Assembly: GCA_039804025.1 (NCBI GenBank)
Contig: JBDRZP010000005.1
Span: 28,273 to 92,272 of the forward strand
DNA from: a candidate division WOR-3 bacterium
GTDB taxonomy: Bacteria; Hydrothermota; Hydrothermia; Hydrothermales; JAJRUZ01
Length of the DNA: 64,000 nucleotides
Direction of reading: 5' to 3'
In this document: piece after piece, positions 27,626 through 36,564 of the stretch
Numbering within the stretch: the stretch's first letter is position 1
Layout of the letters: every line of letters begins with the position of its first letter
The notes under the pieces: generated by a model
What the model saw: the letters and a program-made list of their open reading frames with translations, nothing else
Told to the model about the DNA's origin: nothing
Database searches by the model: none
Program-made: the position numbers and the translations under genes

Positions 27626-28473
27626 AATTTTTTCTTTAATGTTTCATATTTTTTTCTTGCAAGGATTTTACCAAATATTTCTTCAAGTTTTCCCAAAAAT
27701 ATCTCATCAAGTTTTCTTTTTATTTCCTCTATATCTTTAAAGGATAAATTAATATTTTCTGATATTTTAAATTCCTTTTTGAAGCTTATTGAATTTCCTA
27801 TTTCAGGATTTGTTTTTTTAATTGTTTCGATTATAAATTCACTCTGTTTATTAATTTCACTTTCTATTTCTCCTGACAATTCTTTTAACCATTCATTTAG
27901 AAATTTTGTTAAATTTTCTCTTGCTTTTTTACTTTCTTCTGGATCAACAATAAGTCCCTTTTCCTTTAGATAAACTAAGCTTTTGTAACTTTCAAGCAAA
28001 CCAAGGGAGCTTTGTTCAATTATTTCCCTTAAAGTTTTTTTCCCGTCCATTAATGTTAGTATTTTCCAATCAGTTTTTCTCAGTGTAAGTTCTGGAGAAG
28101 GAGATTTATCACTTTTTACCATACGAGTATCAAGATCCGGTAATTTTTCTTTTAAACCCTTTATTTCGTAACTTCTTTTTTCAATTTCATCCCTTAATAC
28201 TGTAAAAGGTGCTGATATTGTTTTTTTATCTGAAAGTAGAGATGGGATAAATATCAATTTACCTTCAATAAATTGAGCCATTTCATAAAGGGCATCAATA
28301 CCCTCCTTATTACTAAAATGGGAGTGCACACATCTTCCTTCTTCTAAAAATATTTCTCCTTTTTTATCCCTGTAAGATATCTCTATCTTGCCTGTTTTTT
28401 TAAATTTTTCCATTAATTGTAAAATTTCACTTAATGAAAAATATTTTAAATCACACTCTAATGCCTTTTCCAT
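27622..28473 (-). CDS. DUF4388 (PATAN-like) domain protein
   Basis: LKYFSLSEILQLM..FKKTGKIEI...GEIFLEEGRCVH...GIDALYEM, then WKILTLMDGKKTLREII (winged-helix-like). Confidence 0.85.
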   Translation of the reverse strand: MEKALECDLKYFSLSEILQLMEKFKKTGKIEISYRDKKGEIFLEEGRCVHSHFSNKEGIDALYEMAQFIEGKLIFIPSLLSDKKTISAPFTVLRDEIEKRSYEIKGLKEKLPDLDTRMVKSDKSPSPELTLRKTDWKILTLMDGKKTLREIIEQSSLGLLESYKSLVYLKEKGLIVDPEESKKARENLTKFLNEWLKELSGEIESEINKQSEFIIETIKKTNPEIGNSISFKKEFKISENINLSFKDIEEIKRKLDEIFLGKLEEIFGKILARKKYETLKKKL

Positions 28474-28505
28474 ATTTTAAGAATATGTAAAAAACCTTTA
28501 AAAAA

Positions 28506-29252
28506 TCAAATTTTTATTTCATGAAATAAAGGCGGGATAATTACCTTTTTATCTATTTTATTGTGAAAGTATTTTTTTAATTTTTTTCTATCCATAACAG
28601 GATAAAGATGAATTAAGTATGTTTCATGAGGATAAATATCTTTTATTAATTTTAAAACTTTTTGAGGATTCATGTGATTTTCAATATCAATGGGTACAGA
28701 GCATTCTGTTATTAAAATATCAACTTTTTTCATAATATCCCTATAGGTTTCATCATAATCAGTATCACCAGTATAAGCAATTCTTTTACCCTTTACATTT
28801 AAAATATAACCAATACTTTCATTTCTGTGTTTTGTTTTGAAAGTTTCTATTTTTATGTTTTTAAATTTAACTTCTTTTCCAGGTTTTAACTCCTCAATTT
28901 TTAATTTATAGCTTTTGGGTTCAAGTTGTTTTTCAAATAATTTAAAAATATCTTCCATTAATCCTTTAAGTCCAGATGGTCCAAAAATAAAAAATTCTTT
29001 TTTTCTTGGGTCTGCTTCGTACCTGAAGGCAAATAAAAGAGGAATAATACCTATAATGTGGTCTATATGAAAATGGGTGAGGAAAATTGCATCTATATCA
29101 TTTATCCTTATATTTTTTCTTATGAGATTTTTCATTATTCCTTCACCAAAATCAAAAATAATTTTTGTATTTTTATATTCAACAAATAAAGAACTTGGAG
29201 AGTTATTTTTTTCTGGAATACCCGTTCCAGTTCCAAGAAATATTATTCTCAT
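28506..29252 (-). CDS. Ribonuclease Z-like metallo-beta-lactamase fold hydrolase
   Basis: FLGTGTG, FDFGEG, THFHIDH, YTGDT, ITECS, LIHLYP. Confidence 0.85.
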   Translation of the reverse strand: MRIIFLGTGTGIPEKNNSPSSLFVEYKNTKIIFDFGEGIMKNLIRKNIRINDIDAIFLTHFHIDHIIGIIPLLFAFRYEADPRKKEFFIFGPSGLKGLMEDIFKLFEKQLEPKSYKLKIEELKPGKEVKFKNIKIETFKTKHRNESIGYILNVKGKRIAYTGDTDYDETYRDIMKKVDILITECSVPIDIENHMNPQKVLKLIKDIYPHETYLIHLYPVMDRKKLKKYFHNKIDKKVIIPPLFHEIKI

Positions 29253-29290
29253 TTATTTATGATACTTGAATACCTTATTATTTTTAAACT

Positions 29291-30310
29291 ATGAATAAAA
29301 TAGTTGATTTAAGAAGCGATACTGTTACAAAGCCAACCCCTGAAATGTATGAGGCAATTAAGAATGCTCCACTTGGAGATGATGTTTTATCAGATGACCC
29401 AACAGTTAAGGAACTTGAAAAACTTGCAGCAGAAAAAACAGGTTTTGAATCCGCCCTTTTTGTTCCTTCAGGCACAATGGGAAATGCTATAGCCTGTAAG
29501 GTATGGACAAAGGAAGGAAGTGAGGTAATATTAGAGGAAATGTGCCATATATATAATTTTGAGGTAGCTCATCTTGCAGAAATTTCAAGAGTTCTTCCAA
29601 GACCTTTAAAAAGCATAAGAGGTTATATTGACCCTGATGATATTGAAAGAAACATAAAAAAGGAAGGATTGCATACACCCGGAACTTCCCTTATCTGTCT
29701 TGAAAATACCCATAACTACTGGGGTGGAAAGGTTTTGACCCCTGAGTATTTAAAAGAAGTAAAGGAAATTGCTGAAAATTATGGAATTCCTGTTCACCTC
29801 GATGGTGCAAGAATCTTTAATGCGGCAGTTTTTTTAAAAAGGGATGTTAAGGAATTTACGAAATATGTTGATTCCCTTATGTTTTGTCTCTCAAAAGGTC
29901 TTTCCTGCCCGATTGGTTCAGTTTTATGTGGAAATAAAGAATTTATTGAAAAGGCAAGAAGGGTTAGAAAACTTTTAGGTGGTGGAATGAGGCAGGTTGG
30001 AATAATTGCTGCTTGTGGAATAGTTGCCTTAAATAAAATGATAGATAGACTTGATGAAGACCATAAAAATGCAAAAAAGCTTGCTGAAGGTCTTGCAGAA
30101 ATATCCTGGATAAATATAAATCCAGAAGATGTTGAGACCAATATTGTTATTGTTCATACAGAAAGAAATGAGGAAGAAATATGTAAAAGAATGAGAGAAA
30201 AAGGTGTTTTAGCGCTTCCCTTTGGTAAAAACAGAATAAGATTTGTGACTCACAAGGATGTTTCTTTTTCTGATATTGAGTATGCCCTTTCAGTTATAAG
30301 GAGTATTTGA
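29291..30310 (+). CDS. ltaE: Low-specificity L-threonine aldolase
   Basis: DLRSDTVTKP, GDDV..DDPT, PSGTMGN, LENTHN, HLDGARIFNA, CLSKGL.CP.GS. Confidence 0.95.
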   Translation: MNKIVDLRSDTVTKPTPEMYEAIKNAPLGDDVLSDDPTVKELEKLAAEKTGFESALFVPSGTMGNAIACKVWTKEGSEVILEEMCHIYNFEVAHLAEISRVLPRPLKSIRGYIDPDDIERNIKKEGLHTPGTSLICLENTHNYWGGKVLTPEYLKEVKEIAENYGIPVHLDGARIFNAAVFLKRDVKEFTKYVDSLMFCLSKGLSCPIGSVLCGNKEFIEKARRVRKLLGGGMRQVGIIAACGIVALNKMIDRLDEDHKNAKKLAEGLAEISWININPEDVETNIVIVHTERNEEEICKRMREKGVLALPFGKNRIRFVTHKDVSFSDIEYALSVIRSI

Positions 30311-30311
30311 T

Positions 30312-31646
30312 ATGTGTGGAATAATAGGTTATTTAGAAAAAAGAGAGAGAAAGGATTTAGGTGAAGTTGCTTATATTTCCCTTGAAATGCTTCAGCACAG
30401 AGGTCAGGATGCAGCAGGTATATATACTTTTGAAGGGAATTTAATAAAGGGGCAAGGTTCAGTTGACCAAGTTTTTAGGAGGGAAGTTATAAAGAGTATA
30501 GAGGGAAGGGGTTTTATAGGGCAGACAAGGTATCCAACTACAAAAACAAAAGAAGAAGCTCAGCCAATTGAATATGAATCCCTTGCTATGGTTCATAATG
30601 GCCATATTTATAATGTTCCTGAAATTATTGAAAAATTTGGAACCCCAGGTTTTGAATCAGGAATAGATATTATTGCTTTTTTTTCAATATTTAAAAAGGA
30701 AAAAGATATTTTAAAATTTTCAGAAAGCTCTTTAAAAAATTTAAAGGGTGGTTATTCTCTTCTTGGAATTTTTAAAGATAAATATTTATTTGCCTTAAGG
30801 GACCCCTACGGCATAAGACCACTTTTTTATTCCTATGATGAAAATAGAATAGCTATTACTTCTGAGACAATTGTTCTTGAAAAACTTGGATTTAATGAAT
30901 TTTTTGAACTTGAAAGGGGGAATCTTTTATTGATTGATAAAGATTTAAATATAAAAAAATATGAACTTATTGAAAAAGAAAATAAATTCTGTTCCTTTGA
31001 GATTGTTTATTTTTCAAGAACAACCTCAAAATATAAAGGTAAACAGATTTTTGAATACAGGGAAGAACTTGGAAAGGTTTTATGTGATTTATTTCTTGAA
31101 TCTCACAAGAATTTTGATTTTAAGGATACAATAATTTCTCCTGTTCCTGAAACATCAAGGGCAGCAGCTGAGGGATTTTTTAAAAGATTGAAAGAAAAGG
31201 GTATAGAAATTCCCCTTGTGGATGTTCTTGAAAAACATAGATACGGGGGAAGGAATTTTATAAAACCTTCTGAGGAAATAAGAAGAAGAGAGGTCTTCTA
31301 TACCTTAACACCAATTGAAAAAAATGTTAGAAATAAAAAGATTATTTTGATTGATGATAGCATTGTTAGGGGAACAACATCCAGTAAGATGGTTAAATTA
31401 TTGAGGGAAAAGGGAGCAAAAGAAATTCACCTTGCCATTACATTTCCACCCATAAGATATTCCTGTTTTTATGGAATTGATACTCCTACAAGAGAAGAAC
31501 TGATCGCTTCCTTTAAGAGTGTAGAAGAAGTAGGTAGGGAAATAGGTGTAGATACTTTAACATATATGACACTTGAAGGTTTAAAAAAAGTTCTTGGTAA
31601 CGAGATATGCTTTGCATGTCACGATGGTTCCTATGTTAATCTCTGA
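30312..31646 (+). CDS. purF: Amidophosphoribosyltransferase (Fe-S type)
   Basis: MCGIIG N-terminal nucleophile, LQHRGQD, RDPYGIRPL, DDSIVRGTTS, Fe-S Cys motifs CSFE, CFYGID and CFAC. Confidence 0.9.
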   Translation: MCGIIGYLEKRERKDLGEVAYISLEMLQHRGQDAAGIYTFEGNLIKGQGSVDQVFRREVIKSIEGRGFIGQTRYPTTKTKEEAQPIEYESLAMVHNGHIYNVPEIIEKFGTPGFESGIDIIAFFSIFKKEKDILKFSESSLKNLKGGYSLLGIFKDKYLFALRDPYGIRPLFYSYDENRIAITSETIVLEKLGFNEFFELERGNLLLIDKDLNIKKYELIEKENKFCSFEIVYFSRTTSKYKGKQIFEYREELGKVLCDLFLESHKNFDFKDTIISPVPETSRAAAEGFFKRLKEKGIEIPLVDVLEKHRYGGRNFIKPSEEIRRREVFYTLTPIEKNVRNKKIILIDDSIVRGTTSSKMVKLLREKGAKEIHLAITFPPIRYSCFYGIDTPTREELIASFKSVEEVGREIGVDTLTYMTLEGLKKVLGNEICFACHDGSYVNL

Positions 31647-32375
31647 ATGAAGCTTGTAATTGCGATACCCTCAAGATATTCTTCAAAAAGGTTTCCTGGA
31701 AAACCTCTTGCACTTATAAAAGGAAAACCGATGATTGAATGGGTTTATGAAAAAGCAAAAAAGGTAAAAGAAATTCTTAAAAATTCTTTTGACTTTATTG
31801 AGATAATTATAGCAACTGATGATGAAAGGATACAAAAAGTTTGTGAAAAATTCAATGCAAAAGTTATTATGACAGATTCTTCAATTCCTTCAGGAACAGA
31901 TAGAATATATCATGCAACAAAGAATATGGATTATGATTATATAATGAATTTACAGGGAGATGAACCTACAATTTATGAAAAGGACCTTGTAAGGTTGATA
32001 GAAAAGGCGGTAAAAAATAATTATCCTTCAGCAACACTTATTTATAAAACAAATGAAAGTATTGAAAGCCCTGATACAGTTAAAGTTGTAATTGATAGGG
32101 AAGGTAAGGCACTTTATTTTTCAAGGTCAAAAATTCCTTATGGAAGGGATTTTAAACCTCCCTTTTATTTAAAGCATATAGGAGTTTATATTTACAGGAA
32201 GGATATATTAGAAAAATTTGTTAATTTAAAGGAAAGTTATCTTGAAAGTATAGAGAAGCTTGAGCAGCTAAGGTTACTTGAAAATGGAATTCCCATTTAT
32301 TGCATTTTTGCAGAAAGAGATACTGTGCCAGTTGATAGAATGGAAGATATAGAAGAGGCTGAAAGATTATTATGA
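31647..32375 (+). CDS. kdsB: 3-deoxy-manno-octulosonate cytidylyltransferase
   Basis: IPSRYSSKRFPGKPL, ATDDERI, SGTDR, NLQGDEP, HIGVYIY, EKLEQLRLLENG. Confidence 0.96.
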   Translation: MKLVIAIPSRYSSKRFPGKPLALIKGKPMIEWVYEKAKKVKEILKNSFDFIEIIIATDDERIQKVCEKFNAKVIMTDSSIPSGTDRIYHATKNMDYDYIMNLQGDEPTIYEKDLVRLIEKAVKNNYPSATLIYKTNESIESPDTVKVVIDREGKALYFSRSKIPYGRDFKPPFYLKHIGVYIYRKDILEKFVNLKESYLESIEKLEQLRLLENGIPIYCIFAERDTVPVDRMEDIEEAERLL

Positions 32376-33412
32376 GATGTGAGATATGTAAAAAAAATTT
32401 TGATTACATTCCTTTAATTTTAAGAATATGTAAAAAATGTTTAATTATTAATTTTGAAAATGTAAAGGATAAATTAATTTCTATTCATAAAAAATCAAGG
32501 GAAAAATATGAACTTTCTTTTCCTGATAAAAAGGTAGGTATCAAGTGCTTTTTATGTGCGAGGGAATGTATTCTGGGTGAGGGGGAGAAGGGATTCTGTG
32601 GTTTGAGAATGGTTAAGAATAAAAAAATTTTGAATTTCTGTAAACATGATGAAGGTTTTTTTAAATTTTATTATGACCCGCTTCCTACAAACTGTGTTGC
32701 TGACTTTGTTTGTTCAGGGCATAAGGCTTATGGTAAATATAATTTAGCGGTATTTTATGAAACCTGTTCCTTAAATTGTTTATTTTGTCAGAATTATCAT
32801 TTTAGATTTACAAAGCCATGGAAAGAGAAACCTTCTTCTTATGTTGAACTTGTGAAGGCTTTAAACCCTGATGTTTACTGTATTTGTTTCTTTGGTGGTG
32901 ATCCGACAACGCAAGGTATTCATTCTTTAAAGGTTGCTGAGGAAGCTATTAAAATGGGAAAAGTTATTTGTTTCGAATCTAATGGAATGTGGAACAGAAA
33001 AATACTCAAAAGGGTTTTAGATGTTGTTAAGGAAAGTGGAGGAATTTTAAAGTTTGATATTAAAGCTTTTTCACCTGAAGTTTATTTTGCTTTAACAGGA
33101 AGTGATGGTAGAAAAGTTTTTGAAAATTTTGAGTTTTCAGTAAATTATCTTAAAGAGTTTTCTTCAAAACATTTATGTGTATCAACTCTTATGGTCCCCG
33201 GTTATCTGGATGAGTATGAAATTTCAAAAATTGCAGAGTTTATATCAAAACTTAATCCAGAAATTCCCTATGCTTTACTTGCTTTTGCCCCACATTTTGA
33301 AATGAATGATGTAAGGCAGAATTATAAGAGGGAGGCGGAAAGATTTTATGAAATAGCGAAAGGGAAGGGACTTAAGAATGTAAGAATAGGTAATGTTTTT
33401 CTATTAAAATAG
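32372..33412 (+). CDS. Radical SAM protein (PFL-activase-like / AmmeMemoRadiSam-related) with N-terminal Cys clusters
   Basis: CSLNCLFCQN; N-terminal CEIC, CKKC and CFLCAREC..GFCG; FFGGDP; FDIKAF. Confidence 0.88.
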   Translation: MRCEICKKNFDYIPLILRICKKCLIINFENVKDKLISIHKKSREKYELSFPDKKVGIKCFLCARECILGEGEKGFCGLRMVKNKKILNFCKHDEGFFKFYYDPLPTNCVADFVCSGHKAYGKYNLAVFYETCSLNCLFCQNYHFRFTKPWKEKPSSYVELVKALNPDVYCICFFGGDPTTQGIHSLKVAEEAIKMGKVICFESNGMWNRKILKRVLDVVKESGGILKFDIKAFSPEVYFALTGSDGRKVFENFEFSVNYLKEFSSKHLCVSTLMVPGYLDEYEISKIAEFISKLNPEIPYALLAFAPHFEMNDVRQNYKREAERFYEIAKGKGLKNVRIGNVFLLK

Positions 33413-35521
33413 GAAAATCCATTTTACCTTTACACCTCCTATTCTTTCCAGATTTGAGAATTTTTGATTCTCATAGTTAAAGGAATGGTTATAAACCAAA
33501 AAGATCTTTGATTTTGGTTTTACCTCATAAGTGTAGTAAATTGAAGTTCTCAAATAGGTAAGTTTAGTTTTTTCCTTTTCAAATAATAAAGCAGGATTGA
33601 GATAAAATGTTACATTCATAAAGGGTGTAAAGTTATAAGTTAAATAAATTTTGTTACTTGTTAAGGTTTGAATATAGGAATTTCTTTCATCAAATTCAGT
33701 CCATCCGTTTGTTTCAATTGAAAAATTAAATCTTCTTGTTGCTGGAAGTTCAAATCCAAAATAGGGTGTTAATGTATAGGCAAGATAGTTTCTTATATAA
33801 TTCCAGTCATAGTTATAATTTGCTCCAAAATAAAAGGTTATCTGTGTAAAATTGAAATTTATATTGAACCCAAGTGATTTGTATATGAATTCTGTATCTT
33901 TTTCAAAGGCTTTTCCTGTTCCTAAGCTTAAATAAATCCAAGTATTTGGATTTCTTAAACCGATATTATTTTCGATAAAAAATAGATTAGAACTTCCCCT
34001 TTCTATACCTTCTTTCAGATAAAGGTAAGCTGCTGAGAGAAAATAATTAGAAATTATGCCTCTTTTATTAAATTTTAAATAAACTGGTCCAAAAAGAAAA
34101 CTCCTGTCACCGGGATAAAAATTCTGGTACCCCATTTCGCTTATATCAATGTAATTATTAACATATTTTCCACTTAAAATTAAAACATAGTTTTCCTTAA
34201 TGAAGATATTTCCTCCTGAATTGAGTAAGAAACCTATCCTTCCTTTTCCTTTTAAAGTAGAGGTGGCCTGGTAGGCTAACTGATTTCTCTGCCATCTTAT
34301 TGCTCCATCAATATCACCTCCTAAGTAGTATTCATTTTTTTCAAGATTTTTCATGTAAGTAATCAAAAATCCTGATTCGGAATTGACTAAAAAATATCTT
34401 TTAAGTCTTAAAACATTCCAGAGTGTTTGATATGAAGTATCAAAGTCTCCATTTTTTCTTCCTGTTAAAACACTTAATATTCCTGTTTCATAAATATTTG
34501 ATTTAAATGTATATTTAAGACCGCTCAATATTGGAACTTCACCTGTTCCATCAAGCATCTTTCTTCCTATTCTTCTTGAATAGAATATTTTTGCAGGTGA
34601 ATAGAATCCCCAGTGTCCGGATCCTGAGGGTTCAAAAATGTTTTTTCCCTCAATAAAAAATGGTCTTCTTTCAGGATAATAGATTTCATATTTACTGAAA
34701 GACATTGTGAATGGATCTGATTCAATTTCTGCAAAGTCAGGTAAAACTGCTAAATTTAAAGTATGATTTTCTTTTCTATATAAAATATCTGTTCCTATCC
34801 ATGGGTGAAATTCTCCTTTTAAATTCTCATCTCTTCTATGATAGTAATCATTTCTAAAAAGACAAACAGGGTAGAATTCAATTCCATAACCTTTAAGAGG
34901 TGGGTTAATATTTTTTAAAAGACCAAATTTTGAAGCTCTTAAATCTTCTTTCTGGTCAGGTAAAATGTAATAATTTACTTCCTTTGTTTTATAAAATTCT
35001 GTTTTAACCTGAAATCCCCATTCATTTTTATCCTTTGAAAAATTAATTGTTTTAAATGGAATTTTTATTTCAGAAATATAGATATATTCTCCCTTTTCAT
35101 TTTTTATAATTTTACTTACATTTTCCCAGACTGAATCCCATGAGTCGTCAAAGCTTCTTCCATCCTGTGTTACTATACCATCCTGTCTTTTACCATCAAG
35201 GTATATAGCAAAATAGTAAGCATTAACCTTTGATAAAAGAGGGTCAATATAAATACTTATTTTATCATTTTTACCTGAAAGTTCTTTTCTTGGTTTTTCT
35301 TCTTTATAGTTTATCTTTATAAGAAAATAAAGGTTATTTTCATCGTAAATTGATTTAACAGTTGTTTTATATGTAGATGTAGAATCGTAAAAGGGATAGA
35401 ACATTTTATCAACCATAATTGAGTCGGATACTTTCCATATTGAATCAACTTCGCCATCAAATTTTATTCCCTTATCAAAAAACAGGGCATTTAAATTAAA
35501 AATTATTAAAAAGATTTCCAT
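33404..35521 (-). CDS. CBM9-like / DUF5916 outer-membrane protein
   Basis: IKFDGEVDSIW, DKISIYIDP, FDDSWDSVW, EIKIPFKTI, PDFAEIESD, YPERRPFFIEG, FYSRRIG; C-terminal aromatic residue; start ATG 35521 after SD GGGAGG. Confidence 0.85.
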   Translation of the reverse strand: MEIFLIIFNLNALFFDKGIKFDGEVDSIWKVSDSIMVDKMFYPFYDSTSTYKTTVKSIYDENNLYFLIKINYKEEKPRKELSGKNDKISIYIDPLLSKVNAYYFAIYLDGKRQDGIVTQDGRSFDDSWDSVWENVSKIIKNEKGEYIYISEIKIPFKTINFSKDKNEWGFQVKTEFYKTKEVNYYILPDQKEDLRASKFGLLKNINPPLKGYGIEFYPVCLFRNDYYHRRDENLKGEFHPWIGTDILYRKENHTLNLAVLPDFAEIESDPFTMSFSKYEIYYPERRPFFIEGKNIFEPSGSGHWGFYSPAKIFYSRRIGRKMLDGTGEVPILSGLKYTFKSNIYETGILSVLTGRKNGDFDTSYQTLWNVLRLKRYFLVNSESGFLITYMKNLEKNEYYLGGDIDGAIRWQRNQLAYQATSTLKGKGRIGFLLNSGGNIFIKENYVLILSGKYVNNYIDISEMGYQNFYPGDRSFLFGPVYLKFNKRGIISNYFLSAAYLYLKEGIERGSSNLFFIENNIGLRNPNTWIYLSLGTGKAFEKDTEFIYKSLGFNINFNFTQITFYFGANYNYDWNYIRNYLAYTLTPYFGFELPATRRFNFSIETNGWTEFDERNSYIQTLTSNKIYLTYNFTPFMNVTFYLNPALLFEKEKTKLTYLRTSIYYTYEVKPKSKIFLVYNHSFNYENQKFSNLERIGGVKVKWIFLF

Positions 35522-35593
35522 TTTTGCCTCCCTTTTATATAAGGTAAACGTTTTTTTAAAACTTTTTGTTACCATTTTATTTTAAAATAAAAT

Positions 35594-36163
35594 ATGGAAT
35601 TTTATGAATTGGTTTTGAATAGATTCAGTTGCAGGAAATTTAAAGATAAAAGTGTGGATAGGGAGAAAATTTTAAAGTGTATTGATGCTGCGAGACTTGC
35701 TCCATCTGCCTGTAATTCTCAACCCTGGAGATTTGTTGTTGTGGATGATGAGAAATTAATTAAAGAAATAGCAGAAATTGCTACAAAGGGAATATACGGT
35801 GTAATAAATAAATTTTTATTTGAGGTTCCATGTATAGTTGTTGTGGTAGCTGACAAAGAGAAATTTATAGCAAGGTTAGGAGCAAGAATTACTGGAACCC
35901 AGTATTATCTTATTGATATAGGAATATCGAGTGAGCATTTTGTATTGCAGGCTCAGGAACTCGGTTTAGGGACATGTTTCATTGGATACTTTAATGAAAG
36001 GGGTATAAAAAAGTTACTGAATATACCGAATAGATATAAGGTTCCTCTTTTAATTGCAGTTGGTTATCCAGATGATATATATAAGGAGGAAGATGTTATA
36101 AAGGTTAAACTTAAATCAAGGAAAAGTTTAGAGGAGATTGTGTCTTTTAATAAATTCTTATAA
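35594..36163 (+). CDS. Nitroreductase family protein
   Basis: RFSCRKF, ARLAPSACNSQPWRF, LQAQELGLGTCFIG, IAVGYP, RKSLEEIV. Confidence 0.95.
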   Translation: MEFYELVLNRFSCRKFKDKSVDREKILKCIDAARLAPSACNSQPWRFVVVDDEKLIKEIAEIATKGIYGVINKFLFEVPCIVVVVADKEKFIARLGARITGTQYYLIDIGISSEHFVLQAQELGLGTCFIGYFNERGIKKLLNIPNRYKVPLLIAVGYPDDIYKEEDVIKVKLKSRKSLEEIVSFNKFL

Positions 36164-36236
36164 AATGATTTTACTCTTAAAGCCAATTGATGAAAAATTT
36201 TAAAGAGATATTAGATAATGGGAAAAGGTAAAAATT

Positions 36237-36259
36237 CGCAGGCTAAAGCCTGCGTCTAC
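36237..36259 (-). repeat. GTAG-type REP hairpin (left)
   Basis: Minus strand GTAG-A-CGCAGGC-TTTA-GCCTGCG; perfect 7-bp stem. Confidence 0.85.
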
Positions 36260-36310
36260 CATTTTTTTTGAAAATTTTTAACATTTATTACCATATTCTA
36301 TAATTTTATG

Positions 36311-36333
36311 GTAGCCGCACCCTTTAGGGTGCG
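36311..36333 (+). repeat. GTAG-type REP hairpin (right)
   Basis: Plus strand GTAG-C-CGCACCC-TTTA-GGGTGCG; perfect 7-bp stem with compensatory changes relative to the left REP. Confidence 0.85.
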
Positions 36334-36516
36334 CAAAAATTCACTATCAAATTTTTTGAAAAATATACAGCGAGGCAACAGAGATGCTTTTGGAGTTAAA
36401 AAGTTTTGCGGTATATTTATGGAAAAAGAAAAATTAAGAACATTTTGTCTTAGGTATTTTTTTTTAATCTTATTGAGCCAGAAAAATTCAACATTGTTAT
36501 GGTATTCTATATTTAA

Positions 36517-36546
36517 TTGACTTATTATTTGTGGAGAGTATAAAAT
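36517..36546 (+). promoter_or_regulatory. Putative sigma70 promoter at the right junction of element copy 1
   Basis: TTGACT(36517-36522), then TATAAA after 16 nt or TAAAAT after 18 nt; SD AAGGAGG before ATG 36565. Confidence 0.5.
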
Positions 36547-36564
36547 ATAAAAAAGGAGGTTAAT

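Larger units (their letters stand above)
36190..36518 (+). repeat. Duplicated intergenic element, copy 1 (329 bp), with an intact inverted REP pair
   Basis: Aligns by hand end to end with 40675-40980 at roughly 95% identity, apart from a 21-nt insertion. Confidence 0.95.

Noticed and set aside
30312-31646. purF standing alone as a possible non-purine amidotransferase
   Set aside because: The N-terminal Cys, PRPP loop and Fe-S cysteines are all present. Dispersed pur genes are common, and the rest of the genome is not visible.
1480-33412. Archaeal-type genes (THEP1 NTPase, por operon, class III aminotransferase, radical SAM) as a transferred island
   Set aside because: They are scattered among typical bacterial genes with the same base composition and no mobility genes. 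Donor assignment needs phylogenies that cannot be run here.
36308-36520. 70-aa ORF (MVAAPFRV...) inside the duplicated element
   Set aside because: It starts at the REP's ATG-GTAG, has no SD or recognisable domain, and copy 2 carries a small indel near its end (ggtatttttttttaa versus ggcattccttttaa) that breaks the frame. Not supported as a gene or transposase fragment.
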